Shown here: positions 20,031 to 31,198 of the stretch, one piece after another
How the letters are laid out: the number at the start of each line of letters is the position of its first letter
Numbering within the stretch: the stretch's first letter is position 1
Virus record (IMG/VR): IMGVR_UViG_3300037453_000505
Direction: 5' to 3' (one strand)
Source of the DNA: a virus
Lineage: Duplodnaviria; Heunggongvirae; Uroviricota; Caudoviricetes
Length of the DNA: 64,000 bases
The notes under the pieces: model-generated
The model's input: the letters and a program-made list of their open reading frames with translations, nothing else
Database searches by the model: none
What the model was told of the DNA's origin: nothing
Program-made: the position numbers and the translations under genes

Positions 20031-20399
20031 TCAAAACAGGCCATATCCTTTTTGTAAAAAAAACTTGCAATTGGTATAAAATTCAGTATAAGATAATTGA
20101 TAAATTAATTTACCCAAAAACAAAAACAAAAATGAATGTAGTACCTCATATCCTTATGCAAGCGGGGGATATAATAAAAATGCCTTGAGGCTGAATGGAT
20201 TACTTTGTAAAAGTTGTCTGACTCGTAGAATGATATTTGCGAGTAGAACACAACAACAACAGATTCACTCTGCCTCGAGGTTTTTATTTAAAGAGCAAAG
20301 ATTATTACATTCCTTTAAAATAAAAAATGTGAATAGATTGACACCATTATCTATCCACAAATTCTTTTACTATATATATGAGAGCCGATGAACAACTAT

Positions 20400-20560
20400 T
20401 ATCCATTGCCGTGGGTCCGTAACAAAATATGAAAAGATACGGTTGAGCAAATGGTCGTAAGCCCAATCGAGAGAAAGGGTTGGGCTTACTTATTTGCCGA
20501 CAATGACTGAGAGTGGCTATCAGTGAGGACGAATCACTGCCACTCAATCACCTCTGTATC
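20400..20560. ncRNA. Candidate structured RNA: a GC-richer island with several nested hairpins.
   Basis: Hairpins ccgta...tacgg, aagcccaa-tcgagagaaagggt-tgggctt (8 bp), and gagtggc-...-gccactc (7 bp) enclosing cagtga-ggacgaa-tcactg (6 bp). No convincing code-25 ORF covers it. The ORF-track minus fragment 20347..20547 looks like an artefact. Confidence 0.3.
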
Positions 20561-20755
20561 CTTTACCCACAAATACAAAGGAATTTGAATGAGCTTAAAA
20601 AGAGCCCAAACAAAATGATTTAGAATATGCCGATACCCCGGAAAGCTAGTTAAAGAAGAAAATTAATAAATGTCAACTAGCTAAAATATCAGCAGAGTCT
20701 TTTATATAGATTCGAAATCTAAAGTCAAGAGAAATTTTAAAAAAAGTATATGTAA

Positions 20756-21040
20756 TGAAAAACACAGTATCTAACAAGCGAAAAACCTTTTCATTCTCAC
20801 AAGCAAAAAAGGTGTTACAGGAAGAGGCTGTAGCTTCGTGATTAGAATGGGCAGAAGAAGTTAATGGAGACTTCTCTAGTGAAATAGAATTCATTTTAGG
20901 TCTAAAGGGCCGATGGCTCCTTTGCCATATGGGGAAAAATTATCCCTACACTATTAGATTTAGACTAATATGAGAAAGAGATTACATTAGAAGCCAACCA
21001 CAAAACTTCATTACACTTGCGAAAGAAAGACTTTTACATT
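20756..21040 (+). CDS. Hypothetical protein.
   Basis: MKNTVSNKRKTFSFSQAKKVLQEEAVASGLEWAEEVNGDFSSEIEFILGLKGRWLLCHMGKNYPYTIRFRLIGERDYIRSQPQNFITLAKERLLH. Confidence 0.35.
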
Positions 21041-21054
21041 AATTATAATCAACT

Positions 21055-21339
21055 ATGGGAATAAATCCATATAAATCTGTGAATGGTTACACCGTAGTTT
21101 ATAACCACTGAACCATTAAGATTATTACTAAAGACAAACTAGATGTTATGGAATGAGTTGTATACCTACCAAAGTCACTCATTCAATTTATCCTAGAACA
21201 AGATTTACCGTCACCACTAAAAGGGTCTGTATTATCTCTTAATGAAGAAGTGGGTTGTATAGTTGATGCTATATGTTTTTCTCCTGATGAGAAAACAGGG
21301 TTCTTAACTCTAAAGAACCTATATTACATAACGAAATAA
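21055..21339 (+). CDS. Hypothetical protein.
   Basis: MGINPYKSVNGYTVVYNHGTIKIITKDKLDVMEGVVYLPKSLIQFILEQDLPSPLKGSVLSLNEEVGCIVDAICFSPDEKTGFLTLKNLYYITK. Confidence 0.35.
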
Positions 21340-21408
21340 AAATTTCCTCTTGACTTGGAAAGTTAAATCGTTAAAAAAGGGTTACCTTTATTTAATTAAC
21401 CTATTTAA

Positions 21409-22073
21409 AAAGATGCCAATCTTTGGACAAACAACTAGCGATAAGCCTAGACATCCCTCATCTTCCTGGGCTAATTGGAAGAATGGAAAATTCATTGCTT
21501 GGAATAGAGACACTCAAGCAGAAGAAGAAATTACTTTACCTAAAGAGTTTATTGTTGTAGCAGAAAGCTATAGCATTAAATGATATCTAGCTGACAAAGG
21601 TGGAGTATGGTCAAATGAAATCTATTCATTTGCTAATGACCCATTTACAGTTAGAAGTAATACTGGTGAAATCCTTTACGAAGGTTTATGGAAGGACATC
21701 AAGGATAAAGTAAAAGCATTAGGGTTAAAGATTACAACTAATGTACATTATATTGACCCTAAAGAAACAGATGTACTTAGAACATTCTGTATCAAATGAG
21801 CAGCTTCACAAGAATGGATGAACTCATTTAGTAATGAGAACAGAAACGCTGAAGCTAACAACACTGTAACTTTGAAAGAGGTTAAAGATGGAAAAACTTG
21901 AAGTGTCAAATACACATATCCATCATTTGCTACAGTTACTCCACTCACTTCTGAGCAGAGAAACTTACAGCAAGAATGGGGTGCTAAGCTATTAACTTAC
22001 AAAAATGAAGTAAGTGAAGAAGCAGAAGAAGCTCCTGTAAATAAATATGATACAGACGAACTTCCATTTTAGT
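21409..22073 (+). CDS. Putative single-stranded DNA-binding protein; annealing-protein context.
   Basis: Ends ...EEAPVNKYDTDELPF, an acidic D-x-x-(I/L)-P-F tail like those of bacterial and phage SSBs. The ORF-track fragment 21350..21583 extends through a TGA. The start may be the ATG giving MPIFGQTT at about 21409. Confidence 0.4.
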
Positions 22074-22093
22074 TCACAAATAATTACCAAATA

Positions 22094-22842
22094 TGCTCTA
22101 TCACCAATTTGCTCCCCTTAAGGAAGATTATAAAACTATTATAGTCTCAGTTACTGAAATTGAAAAAGCTCTTGTTCCTACTCCTCCATTTGTTGGAGAG
22201 TTAGAACCTAAGAAAAAAGCTAATACTTATTGGGTTTGAAACTTAGTAGAAAATATTGTATTCGCTAGAATTAATCAATGAGTTGATGCAGCCCAACACC
22301 AAATTGAAATAGCTAGGAGTATGATGAATCCAGAAAGGATGAAATATTTTTCTTCTAGTTGAGATGAAGATAAGCAGTTTCAACGATTATATAATTGACT
22401 AGAACAGTTGATACCATTAGCTGAACAGTATGAAGCTATAGGTATGTATGATATAAGAAACCTTAGGAGTGCAGTTGAAATAGATTTTAGTGGTTATAAA
22501 ATCATATTAACAGGAGAAATAGATTGGTGAATGGATTGAAGTATGCTTTTCGATTGCAAGACAGCTAAAAAGAAATGGAATGAAACAGAGAAGCGAGAAC
22601 TTTGATGTTATCAATGAAGGTTCTATCCTTGGTTTCAATTCTTACAGCATCCAGAAATAGATGTGATTTCATTTAGCTATCTTGTGTTCACAAAGCAGAA
22701 AAAGATTCAACATCAAAACATTACTCATATCATTAAAAGAGATGAGGCAGAGCAATTCGTAAAAGAAAAGCTCTACGATTATTTAGTGTGAGTTCACGAA
22801 GGTAATATAGAAACTACAGAGAACTCGCTCGATAGAATGTAA
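22094..22842 (+). CDS. PD-(D/E)xK-type recombination exonuclease (lambda Exo / YqaJ-like).
   Basis: ...YKIILTGEIDWGMDGSMLFDCKTAKKK... contains E-I-D ... D-C-K, the PD-(D/E)xK catalytic motif. It sits next to the SSB-like gene. Confidence 0.4.
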
Positions 22843-22843
22843 T

Positions 22844-23303
22844 GAATAAAGATAGTCAACGTTGAGAAGCTACAGAGCTTATCGAACTTATTGCTAATCT
22901 TATTGCTAGCTATTCACATCATTACGAGTTATACAACTCTCTACAAGTAGATTTAAACAACAGAAAAATCTTTACAGAAGATGAAGCTGCTGACTTGGAA
23001 GAGCAAAGCATATGGCACGAGATGAAAATGGAGAGCCTCTTGGAGGAGAGAAGATTAGCTATGAGAAAATTAAAGGAAATGGCTGTTGAGTGTGATGACC
23101 ATATGCGATGCTTGGTAAAACATTCAATAGCCATTTATCAATTTAGCCAAGAAGTTTTAAATACAAAAATGGATGACCTAGACTATATCCACTTGGCTGA
23201 AACTGCTTACCAATATATGTATGAATGTGTAAGCAAATTCTTATGAGTTACATTAGTAACTTGTGCTCGTTGTCTAGAGGATGAGCTTAGTTTAAACAAA
23301 TAA
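22844..23303 (+). CDS. Hypothetical protein.
   Basis: Continuous code-25 ORF that includes ORF-track 22995..23246. Confidence 0.3.
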
Positions 23304-23313
23304 AAAAACACAA

Positions 23314-23874
23314 TGCCAAAGAATATCTATGAAAAGGTATTGGACTTGTACGAAAAGGATATAGAGCAATGAAGAATATTCCTATATGAAAATATGGAAT
23401 TATTAATGAGAAAGAATCCTTTATTACGTCACAAGAACTATACTTATACTAAAGACGATATTCTTTCTGAGAGCTTTCTTATTGCAGACAACATTATATT
23501 GAGAGAAGATGTTGCTAATGAGAAAAAAATCAGTAAGCTATGGTATCTATTTAATAGATGAGGTTGAGTTCTATATAATAAACTTAACCAATATTGATTA
23601 GAGAGTTACACTATTGACGATATAAGAGATAGTGAACATCGAAGCTATGATATGGATATCGATATGCTACAATATGTATTAGTCGCAAATAATGTTATTA
23701 CCCCACTAGAAGCAAAAGTTCTTCAGCACCTTTGAGAAGGTAGGGGCAAGTATGAAATCGCAAGATTAATGAAGACTACATATTATAATGTTAGAGATAT
23801 CGTAGATGCTATAGCTACAAAAGTAAAAAGATTTATCGAACAAAATGATTTAGAAGATGCAGACGACCGCTAAA
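23314..23874 (+). CDS. Sigma-factor-like transcription regulator (sigma-70 region 4 / LuxR-type HTH).
   Basis: C-terminal ...ITPLEAKVLQHLGEGRGKYEIARLMKTTYYNVRDIVDAIATKVKRF matches a region 4.2 HTH pattern. Confidence 0.45.
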
Positions 23875-23943
23875 TGAACTCGTAAAGAGTTAAAGCAGTT
23901 TATAACTGTGTACCAATGAATACTAGAGTTCTCTTTAGAGAAG

Positions 23944-24435
23944 GTATGATTGGAGGTAATTATTAAGCATAACAAAGCTGACCCGGACGATATGCTTGAT
24001 GATGTAAATGCTAAACTAATTGAAGTATGTGAGGAATACCTAGAAACTCACAAAGTAGGGTTGGATAAATTCCAACTAGCGACAGTAGTTATGGATTTAT
24101 ATACACAGACTATTTCAGAATTACCCGAACCTTTCAAGGTTATTGCTAAAGAAAGTAAGACCTTAGTAAAGGAATACCTTGAAGTAAATAAATCTAAAAG
24201 AGAAGCTCTAGAAAGAATTAAAAATGAGAATGATGCCTTGGATAAGGAGATTCTCGTAAGGAAAAAAGAACAGAAAGAGAAAAAAGCTATTGTAGTAGCG
24301 GAACCCGAAATGCCGGCCGAAATTTCAGAACCCGAGTACTTGGGGTCCCAAGCCCCCCGTCCTAAGCCAAAAAAGAAAGTAGCTAGAAGTACCGATGCTC
24401 TAGCGATAGATAATTTTGTTTTACCTAAATACTAA
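23944..24435 (+). CDS. Hypothetical protein with a C-terminal GC-rich PEMP-AEISE-PEYLGSQAP module and a lysine-rich tail.
   Basis: ORF-track 23950..24435: ...AIVVAEPEMPAEISEPEYLGSQAPRPKPKKKVARS... Confidence 0.4.
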
Positions 24436-24888
24436 TGGGGATGCACAAGTTAGATTATATACGTAGAGCCCCAGGTATTGGGGATTATAATGCTTTAGTA
24501 GAAGCAATAAATTATTTGATAGATAAGGTCAACGAAAAGAGGGAAATTGTCCCAATTAAGATAGAAAGAGAAGTAAAGGACTTTTCATTCTTCTGATGAA
24601 ATGAAGTATCGTTACCTTATAAGAATAATTACATATTAGTTATGCCAGAAGATGCTACTAATGTGTTTAGTGAATATGCTTTCACTTATAAAGAAACATC
24701 ACAAATCAATGATGCTATACTACAATGAAAAATTGTAGCTTTGGAAATTGAGGTTACTGAGAAGATAACTGAAAAGGAGAAAAAACAGGAGACTATCTTT
24801 GAGACAATAGAAACTATCGAAGATAATGAACCAATTAAAACAAAAAGGAAAAGAGGAACTAGAAAGAAAAAATCTTCTTGGAGTTAAT
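24436..24888 (+). CDS. Hypothetical protein.
   Basis: Continuous code-25 ORF: MGMHKLDYIRRAPGIGDYNALVEAINYLIDKVNEKREIVPIKIEREVKDFSFFGGNEVSLPYKNNYILVMPEDATNV... Confidence 0.3.
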
Positions 24889-24908
24889 TTATAAACAAAA
24901 ACAAAATT

Positions 24909-25525
24909 ATGGAACAATTACAAAATGAATTAAACAAAGCTCTTGCAGACTTTAAAAGTCGAGGTGATATACAAAATGACCATTATGATAGCTATACTAG
25001 ATATATCTATAATACTAAAACTTATGATATGCTAGTGAAGAAAACAAAAATGGTTTGCGAAATATATCCGCAACTAGAATATGATAAAGTGTTTAGATAT
25101 GCCCTAAATAGATGGTTTAATCATATTATCTCATTGTTTGCAGAAGATGTTTTTGCAGAACATAGTATAGTAGAAGAAGAGCCAGATATTTATAATAAGG
25201 AAATCGACTTCTATATTAATTCTATCCCATTTGACTTAAAGATGTCTGTCTTTCCTAAATGATTTGGAAAGGATATTGATTATGCACTAGAGCATAAAGA
25301 GGAATTAATTGAATGGATGTATAAACATTGTTCCAGAGAAAAAAGATTGCATAATGGGAATAAAATCTTTATAGTTTGTTATTCATCTAACGGTGACCAC
25401 AACCAGGTGAAAGGTAACTTACAGCTAGTTAAGAATGCTATAGATAATTATATTGCCAATTATGATGAATGAAACTTAACTATACAAGATAATAGTCTAT
25501 CTGATATTATATTTATTATTAAATA
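24909..25525 (+). CDS. Hypothetical protein; possible PD-(D/E)xK nuclease.
   Basis: ORF-track 24909..25262 extends through a TGA. ...IDFYINSIPFDLKMSVFPKGFGKD... contains a D-x(n)-D-L-K arrangement. Weak call. Confidence 0.3.
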
Positions 25526-25811
25526 AACATAATGGAGAAGCAAGATTTAGCTATAATAGACACTCTACAAAAGTTTTTAAGTAGATTTAATTGCGCCTTT
25601 TATTCAATAGAAGACCCTGTAAAAACTTTAGAGGAGTATTTTGATTTACATTCAGATTGAGACTGAATTATTTATGTTCACGTTAAAACTTCTGAATGAG
25701 AGTTCTCCCATTGATATATCTTAGATATAGATATGGCAGACTTACAATCTATTATTAATTGGCTAAAAAATTATACAAGAAATGTTTTACGTTTGCAATA
25801 TTGAATAGATG

Positions 25812-26328
25812 CCTAAAAAAAAGTTTGAATGATGGAAGCGAGATAGTATAAATGCTGAAATCATTGAAAATTCTGATAAGGCTATAGAAATTATTCTCTA
25901 CGGTTTTATACCTAGCAAGAAAAATAATCGTAGAAACTTCTGACGCATATCTTTACCTAGTGAAACCTATATAGAACGGCATAAGAGAATAGTGAACGTG
26001 TTATCTTGAATAGAGTGGGAATATAATACATTTCCCTGTAAGATAACAATAATATCTATAGCTTGAGATAGAGTTAAATCAGATATAGACAACCAAGCTC
26101 AATCTATATTCGATACATTTACAGACTTATGAATAATCCCAGATGATAATAGATTTATCGTCCAAGAGTTAAACATAAAGAATATGGGCTATGCAAAAAA
26201 TGCATATATGACTAAAGTTTTAGTCCAGCCTCTCAATGGAAGTCCCTACAATATAGAGCACGACCATAAAGGAGAGGACTTAAAAAAGTTCACACATTAT
26301 TTAGATTTATTTATTACCAATAATTAAT
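25812..26328 (+). CDS. RusA-family Holliday-junction resolvase.
   Basis: MPKKKFEGWKRDSINAEIIENSDKAIEIILYGFIPSKKNNRRNFGRISLPSETYIERHKRIVNVL...CKITIISIAGDRVKSDIDNQAQSIFDTFTDLGIIPDDNRFIVQELNI matches the RusA pattern (D-x-D-N ... DD). Confidence 0.6.
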
Positions 26329-26829
26329 ATGAAATGAGTTAATATCAAGGAAGCACGCCTATTAGACCAATGGCTTCATACAACTATCGCTTCAGTTACC
26401 TGGAGAGATTTAATCAACTTCTTTGAGAAGGATATCTCTACTATTGCTAAAGCTGTAGAGGAATTAGACAAATCAGAGCTTTATAAAACTGTAGGAACAG
26501 ATATTGAAAATAAAGCTAAAGAAATTGTAAAAGAAAAATGCGAACCAGAATGGAACAGAATCTCTGAAGAAATGAAACCTTTAGGAGAAAAAAGAAATGA
26601 ACTAGCTAAAGAAAAGGCTGGGGGAAATTGGGATAATGAGAAAGAAGAAGAACTTAATAATTTAGATAAACAATTATCTGAATTATCTGAAAGTTATCAG
26701 AAAGTAACTACTGATGCTAATGCTGAATTAAACGAATATAAAGAAAAGAGAATTAATGAAGAACAATGAGCAGCTTTCTTATTAGAAGACTATGACTATG
26801 ACCTTGTAGGGTGATATGTTGGTTTCTAA
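26329..26829 (+). CDS. Hypothetical coiled-coil protein.
   Basis: Includes ORF-track 26572..26769; continuous under code 25. Confidence 0.3.
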
Positions 26830-26858
26830 TAATTTTATTACTTAAACAAAAATAAAAA

Positions 26859-27540
26859 ATGACACTTATTTGAGCAACAAAAGTGAAGGGTAAATGGACT
26901 TTAGTAGCTGATAGTGCAGTTACTATCTGACAAATTATGACTGATGCTTCAGAAGGGTTTCGTCCTAAGATTAGAGAAATTGTAGGGAAAAATGTAACCC
27001 TTATTGCTGCAGGTTGTGGGACGATAAAGGACATTGACTTTACTTTGAATATTATTGAAAATAAACTTGCAAAAAAGAAATTTAAAAGTAAAAATGAATT
27101 AAAGTTCTTTATCCAAGAAACTTTAGCAGATAGCTTTAGAGAATTAAAAACTCTAACAGATAGCCCACAAGCAGCATTTGTCTTCTTAGAACCAAAAACA
27201 GATACACTATGGATGTGTGATGAATATAGTGTAACTGAACCAAAAGAATGTGCTCAAATAGCTTTTGGGTCTGCTGACCAAAATTTCTATAAAGCGAAGA
27301 AAAACCAAGATTTCTTTACAGCATTCTGTCATTGTGTCGAGTGTGACGAATTCTGTAACTTCCCTATTATTGCTTATAGAGATTGAGAAGTTCATAGTTT
27401 CAATGGACGAGAAAGAGCTGATAGTTTTTATTCTATATTAGGTTGATATAATGAGCCATCAGAACTCTGCTGTGAGCCAGTTGCAGACCCAGAATGGGCA
27501 AGAGAAGAATATATCTGCGACTGAGCAGATAAAGAGTTGT
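26859..27540 (+). CDS. HslV / proteasome beta-subunit-like N-terminal nucleophile (Ntn) peptidase.
   Basis: MTLIGATKVKGKWTLVADSAVTIGQIM... resembles the HslV N-terminus TTIVGVRR-G-V-IAGDGQVTLG, with Thr at position 2 as the nucleophile. ORF-track 26937..27386 is the core. Confidence 0.5.
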
Positions 27541-27678
27541 AATAGATTAATTGAAACTCTCATTTCAAAAAATAGTAAACTCGAAAAGAGGATGAAAGAT
27601 ATGGAATTAAATTTTTCTATATTGTGTATTACTTTAATAGTCTCATTAATCGCAGTATTCATAATCTTTTCAATATAA
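27451..27678 (+). CDS. Small protein with a C-terminal TM helix; last gene of the + arm.
   Basis: ORF-track 75 aa: ...NFSILCITLIVSLIAVFIIFSI. Confidence 0.35.
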   Translation: MSHQNSAVSQLQTQNGQEKNISATEQIKSCNRLIETLISKNSKLEKRMKDMELNFSILCITLIVSLIAVFIIFSI

Positions 27679-27679
27679 A

Positions 27680-27712
27680 AAATCCCCTCGGAAAAGGGGA
27701 TTTTTATTATTG
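27680..27712. terminator. Bidirectional rho-independent terminator at the convergence point of the + and - arms.
   Basis: aaaaatcccctcggaaaaggggatttttat: an 8-bp GC-containing stem (atcccct/aggggat) with A/T runs on both sides. Confidence 0.7.
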
Positions 27713-29069
27713 TGTTATTTTATCTCGAAGTTTATTTGTTGTATCTCATTGGAAAGTCTTAGGCGCTATCATCTGTGCAGATAATGTAGTTCATCAGAAG
27801 ATAGATTGGAATTCTGTAGATTGGTCTCCAAATCACACAAATCTATAGTGTGCTGTATTATAAGGAGGCATTCATTGGTCATTTAACATAGAGCCCTGTC
27901 ATCTCCATCATAATGTGATTACATCTCCAGCTTCCAAATCTACAAGACAATCCATATTATATGTAGCCCAAGGTCAATCTAATTGACTACGTGCTTGGCT
28001 TTGTCAAGCAATAAATTCTTGTGGAGTAAATTGTACTGTACCTCATCATTCTGGGATAGATTTACCAACAGTTCAAGTAACAGATATTGTTCACATATTA
28101 TCTGTTTTAATTCAATTACCTCAATACATTATTGGGCTAATTGTATATCCTCAATGCTTTGCTGTAGATAATCAAGATACATATTGAAATACTTCTCTAG
28201 CTCAAGTAATTTTTAGAAATCATCTTCATAAGTTTAGGTAACATTCAGTTCAGACATTGAACTGTACTGTAAGTTGTCAAGTTATTCTATAATATCAACT
28301 TGCCTTAATTTTAATTCAGTTCCTTGTGGCTAATTCTGTATTTCAAGTACATCTATTCCAATCTCATTCAATAAAGTCTACTCTATCCATATTTCAACTC
28401 ACTGAATCAATAGTACATTGTCTTGTTAAGTCGTGGTCAAAACCTATACATACATTATTATCATAGAAAGTATTCTCTTTATCTGAAATCCATATTGTAT
28501 GTCATTCTGGTCAACCATAGCTAGTTGTGATTAGTTTAGAAGTATTATTGACTTTTATCTCAGGATAATCATATTCTGGACAATCATAATGGGCAGATAT
28601 TCTTATCTTACTATTACTTCAATCACAACCAACAGGTTCTATTGTAATATTTTCTCAAGCTTGTAGTTTTTGATTTAAATATCAAGGAGTGCTATCTCAA
28701 CTACAGGCTTTTACTTTTTCATCTGTAGAGCTGATTTTCCATCAACCTTTTATTCAACAATCCTCTCAATCAGCATAACAGTCGCTTGGGGGAGTAACTT
28801 CTGTCACTGTAATATTTTCTCAAGCTTTTACATATGTAGGCTTTGGACACTCTGCTGTAAGTTTAACTACACCACATTCGCTTGTATCTACAACAAGACA
28901 ATCATTAGTAGATTGAATATTTATTCAGCAGTTATCTTTGCAAGATTTTCAGCAGCAACTTGTGTTACAATCTTCTGCATCTAATATATCCACCTTTAAT
29001 ATTTCTCCATCGTCTGGGCAATTATTATTGCAAGGATTACAAGGAGATTTACATTTACAATCACTCATT
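27706..29069 (-). CDS. Cys-rich N-terminus with a Gly-rich body; a structural (fibre/receptor-binding-like) protein and the last gene of the - arm.
   Basis: MSDCKCKSPCNPCNNNCPDDGEILKV... then ...GGYTISPIMYGGNGIKTDNMGTISVTGTVGKSIPEGGGTVQF... Many TGA=Gly codons. Coordinates approximate. Confidence 0.35.
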
Positions 29070-29074
29070 GTTAT

Positions 29075-29449
29075 AATGTGTCTTTATAAAATTTACTTGT
29101 TTCATTAGAGAACAATTCTTTATTTCTATGTTTAGGCTTAACTAGTTCTTCTTTATAAAATACTCATCTTGGCAAAGAAAGAATAGCATAAAGCTCATCT
29201 CTAACTCATTCACCTAATACAGGTTCTCGTAGTTCTACCATTTTCTTTAATTGAAGGTGTGGTGCTTGAGCATCTCAAAAGAAATTATTAAGATGAACGT
29301 GGGTTCTCCTTTTTATCTTCTGCTTATTTATTGGGTTATTTATATCGTATCATTCGTGCCTTAAACATTTTCAAATAGTATGGTGAATATCTTCGGCCGT
29401 AGCATCGATAACTCTTTGTAGACGATATTCTTTCCCCTCAATAACCATT
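29075..29449 (-). CDS. Hypothetical protein.
   Basis: MVIEGKEYRLQRVIDATAEDIHHTIGKCLRHEGYDINNPINKQKIKRRTHVHLNNFFGDAQAP... Confidence 0.3.
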
Positions 29450-29464
29450 CTATGTTTGTCTACT

Positions 29465-29950
29465 CACATTTTATTCTTCTTCATTTAAATCCTCATCTTC
29501 TGTCTTTGGCATTTTACCTTTCAGAGTTTTTGCTATAAATTGGACTAATGCCTCAAAAGCATCAATCTCTGGCAAATGAGAACCGTCTGTGTTGATTGAA
29601 TATATATGTCCTATGATAGAATATCATTCAGTGATAATCAACATAGAGAATATAACAGTAGAAACGAATTCTAAATCTCAAGCTCAAACTCATCTAAGAA
29701 TTACAACGACTATCAAAGGTAGCATCCAGCGAGTCATCTTTTTAAATATCCCCTTCCACATTTTCTTAGATGTTACTTGTGTTTTATCATCTATATAAGC
29801 ATCAGCTATTCAAAAGATATAATCTAGTGCAAGCATAACAGAGAGAATAATTAGGACTTCTCAACTGACATTAAAATATTCTAGCATACTTGCTAATCAT
29901 ACACCTCAGATAGCTGTAGCTACCATTCCCCCTGTACTTACTTCTGGCAT
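29465..29950 (-). CDS. Phage holin (toxin-secretion / phage-lysis holin family, Phage_holin_4-like).
   Basis: MPEVSTGGMVATAIGGVGLASMLEYFNVSGEVLIILSVMLALDYIFGIADAYIDDKTQVTSKKMWKGIFKKMTRWMLPLIVVVILRGV...MLIITEGYSIIGHIYSINTDGSHLPE... matches the holin-4 pattern (A-M-V-L-D-Y-I-T-G ... GY-S-I ... EN). Confidence 0.55.
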
Positions 29951-29961
29951 ATATAAATTAT

Positions 29962-30887
29962 TTACAAAGGTAAATCAGAATTTAACTCAGGGTAAGCTTT
30001 TCTTAAAGCTTTACTTAAAGTTTCAATTCACATTTTAGTATCTGAATTTTCTTCAGGGTACATCTTTTTAAGGACTTGCAAAACTATTAAAGCCCTATTT
30101 TTTCTCTTTAGATATTCTGGGTCGACTTTAGCGTCTTCCTTTATATATAATACCCAATATCTATAATTGAATAATCCTTTAAAGTCTTTTAATGTTTTAT
30201 ATGAGATATGAAATCTTGATTTGAGTTTCTTCTCATCATTAGGTGTCCAACTATTTACAAACCAGAACCCAGATTCATCCCAACCTACTAAAGCAATACA
30301 ATGTCATCCAGTAGGATTTGTAGGTACAGTTTTGATTTCTCAAGCTGTCATCTCATTCCAAGTTTTCCTATCTCATCTAACACACCATACAATAGGACAA
30401 CCTTGATAAAGATATCTCTTCATTAAATCAATTCCTTTATCTGTTCTATCCCATTCTTGTGTAGCATAAGCATCAAACTTAGCCAATTCTCAATTCTCTT
30501 CTATAAGAATTCATTCTTTAAGAGCTATAGATACAGCTCTTTCTACATAGTCTCAACCATCATATTCAGTTGTACTATGTCACATTTTACCCCACAAATC
30601 TCTCCATTGTGGAGTAATTATATTTCTATCTTTAGGTTCAACTCAATTCTTTTTCACATTAAGGATTTGAACTCAATGCGTAGTTCAGAGGCTAGTACAA
30701 GCCCCTAAACTTCATTGATTAGATGTCTTATAAATCCATTTTCATAGTGAATAGAATTCAGGAAGTTTAACAGAATAATCTACTTTAATAGCTTCTTCTG
30801 CCTCAAAGTCTGTAGCTTCAGCAAAGGAAGCTGGTAGAGTTAAGCAACCTTCAAAAGCTCTCAACTCTTTATCTGTCAATTTATCCA
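29962..30887 (-). CDS. Papain-like (C1 family) cysteine peptidase; candidate endolysin or lysis peptidase.
   Basis: ...QGSLGACTSLGTTHG... matches the Q-x-x-x-G-x-C active-site Cys region. ...NPTGGHCIALVGWDESGFWFVNSWTPN... matches the catalytic His-x-(V/I)-x-x-V-G-Y ... W-x-V-x-N-S-W motif of papain family peptidases. It is immediately upstream of the holin. Confidence 0.55.
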
Positions 30888-30984
30888 TAGTATTCTATTT
30901 ATAGGATAAAATATATCGGGTGGACAATTATTCCACTTTGATAACGAACGTGTCTTATTTTAATTTTAACTACAGTACCACCTG

Positions 30985-31198
30985 CTATTTCATTATCTTA
31001 GCAAGAGCTTCATCATAATCAATTCTCTCATTTCAGAAATAGATTACAGGCAACTGTGTGGCTCATTCTATTTCTTCTGGCTCTGCATTATGTATATCCT
31101 TTTCTTCAAAAGACATATTGTTTTCTTCTGCATATTTTTTTAATAGAGGTGATATTAGGTGACATCTACTGCAGAATTCACCTGTTATAATTTTAATC
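30985..31198 (-). CDS. Glutaredoxin/NrdH-like small redox protein.
   Basis: MIKIITGEFCSRCHLISPLLKKYAEENNMSFEEKDIHNAEPEEIEGATQLPVIYFGNERIDYDEALAKIMK: CxxC at the N-terminus of helix 1 and a cis-Pro-type LPVIYF motif. Confidence 0.5.
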
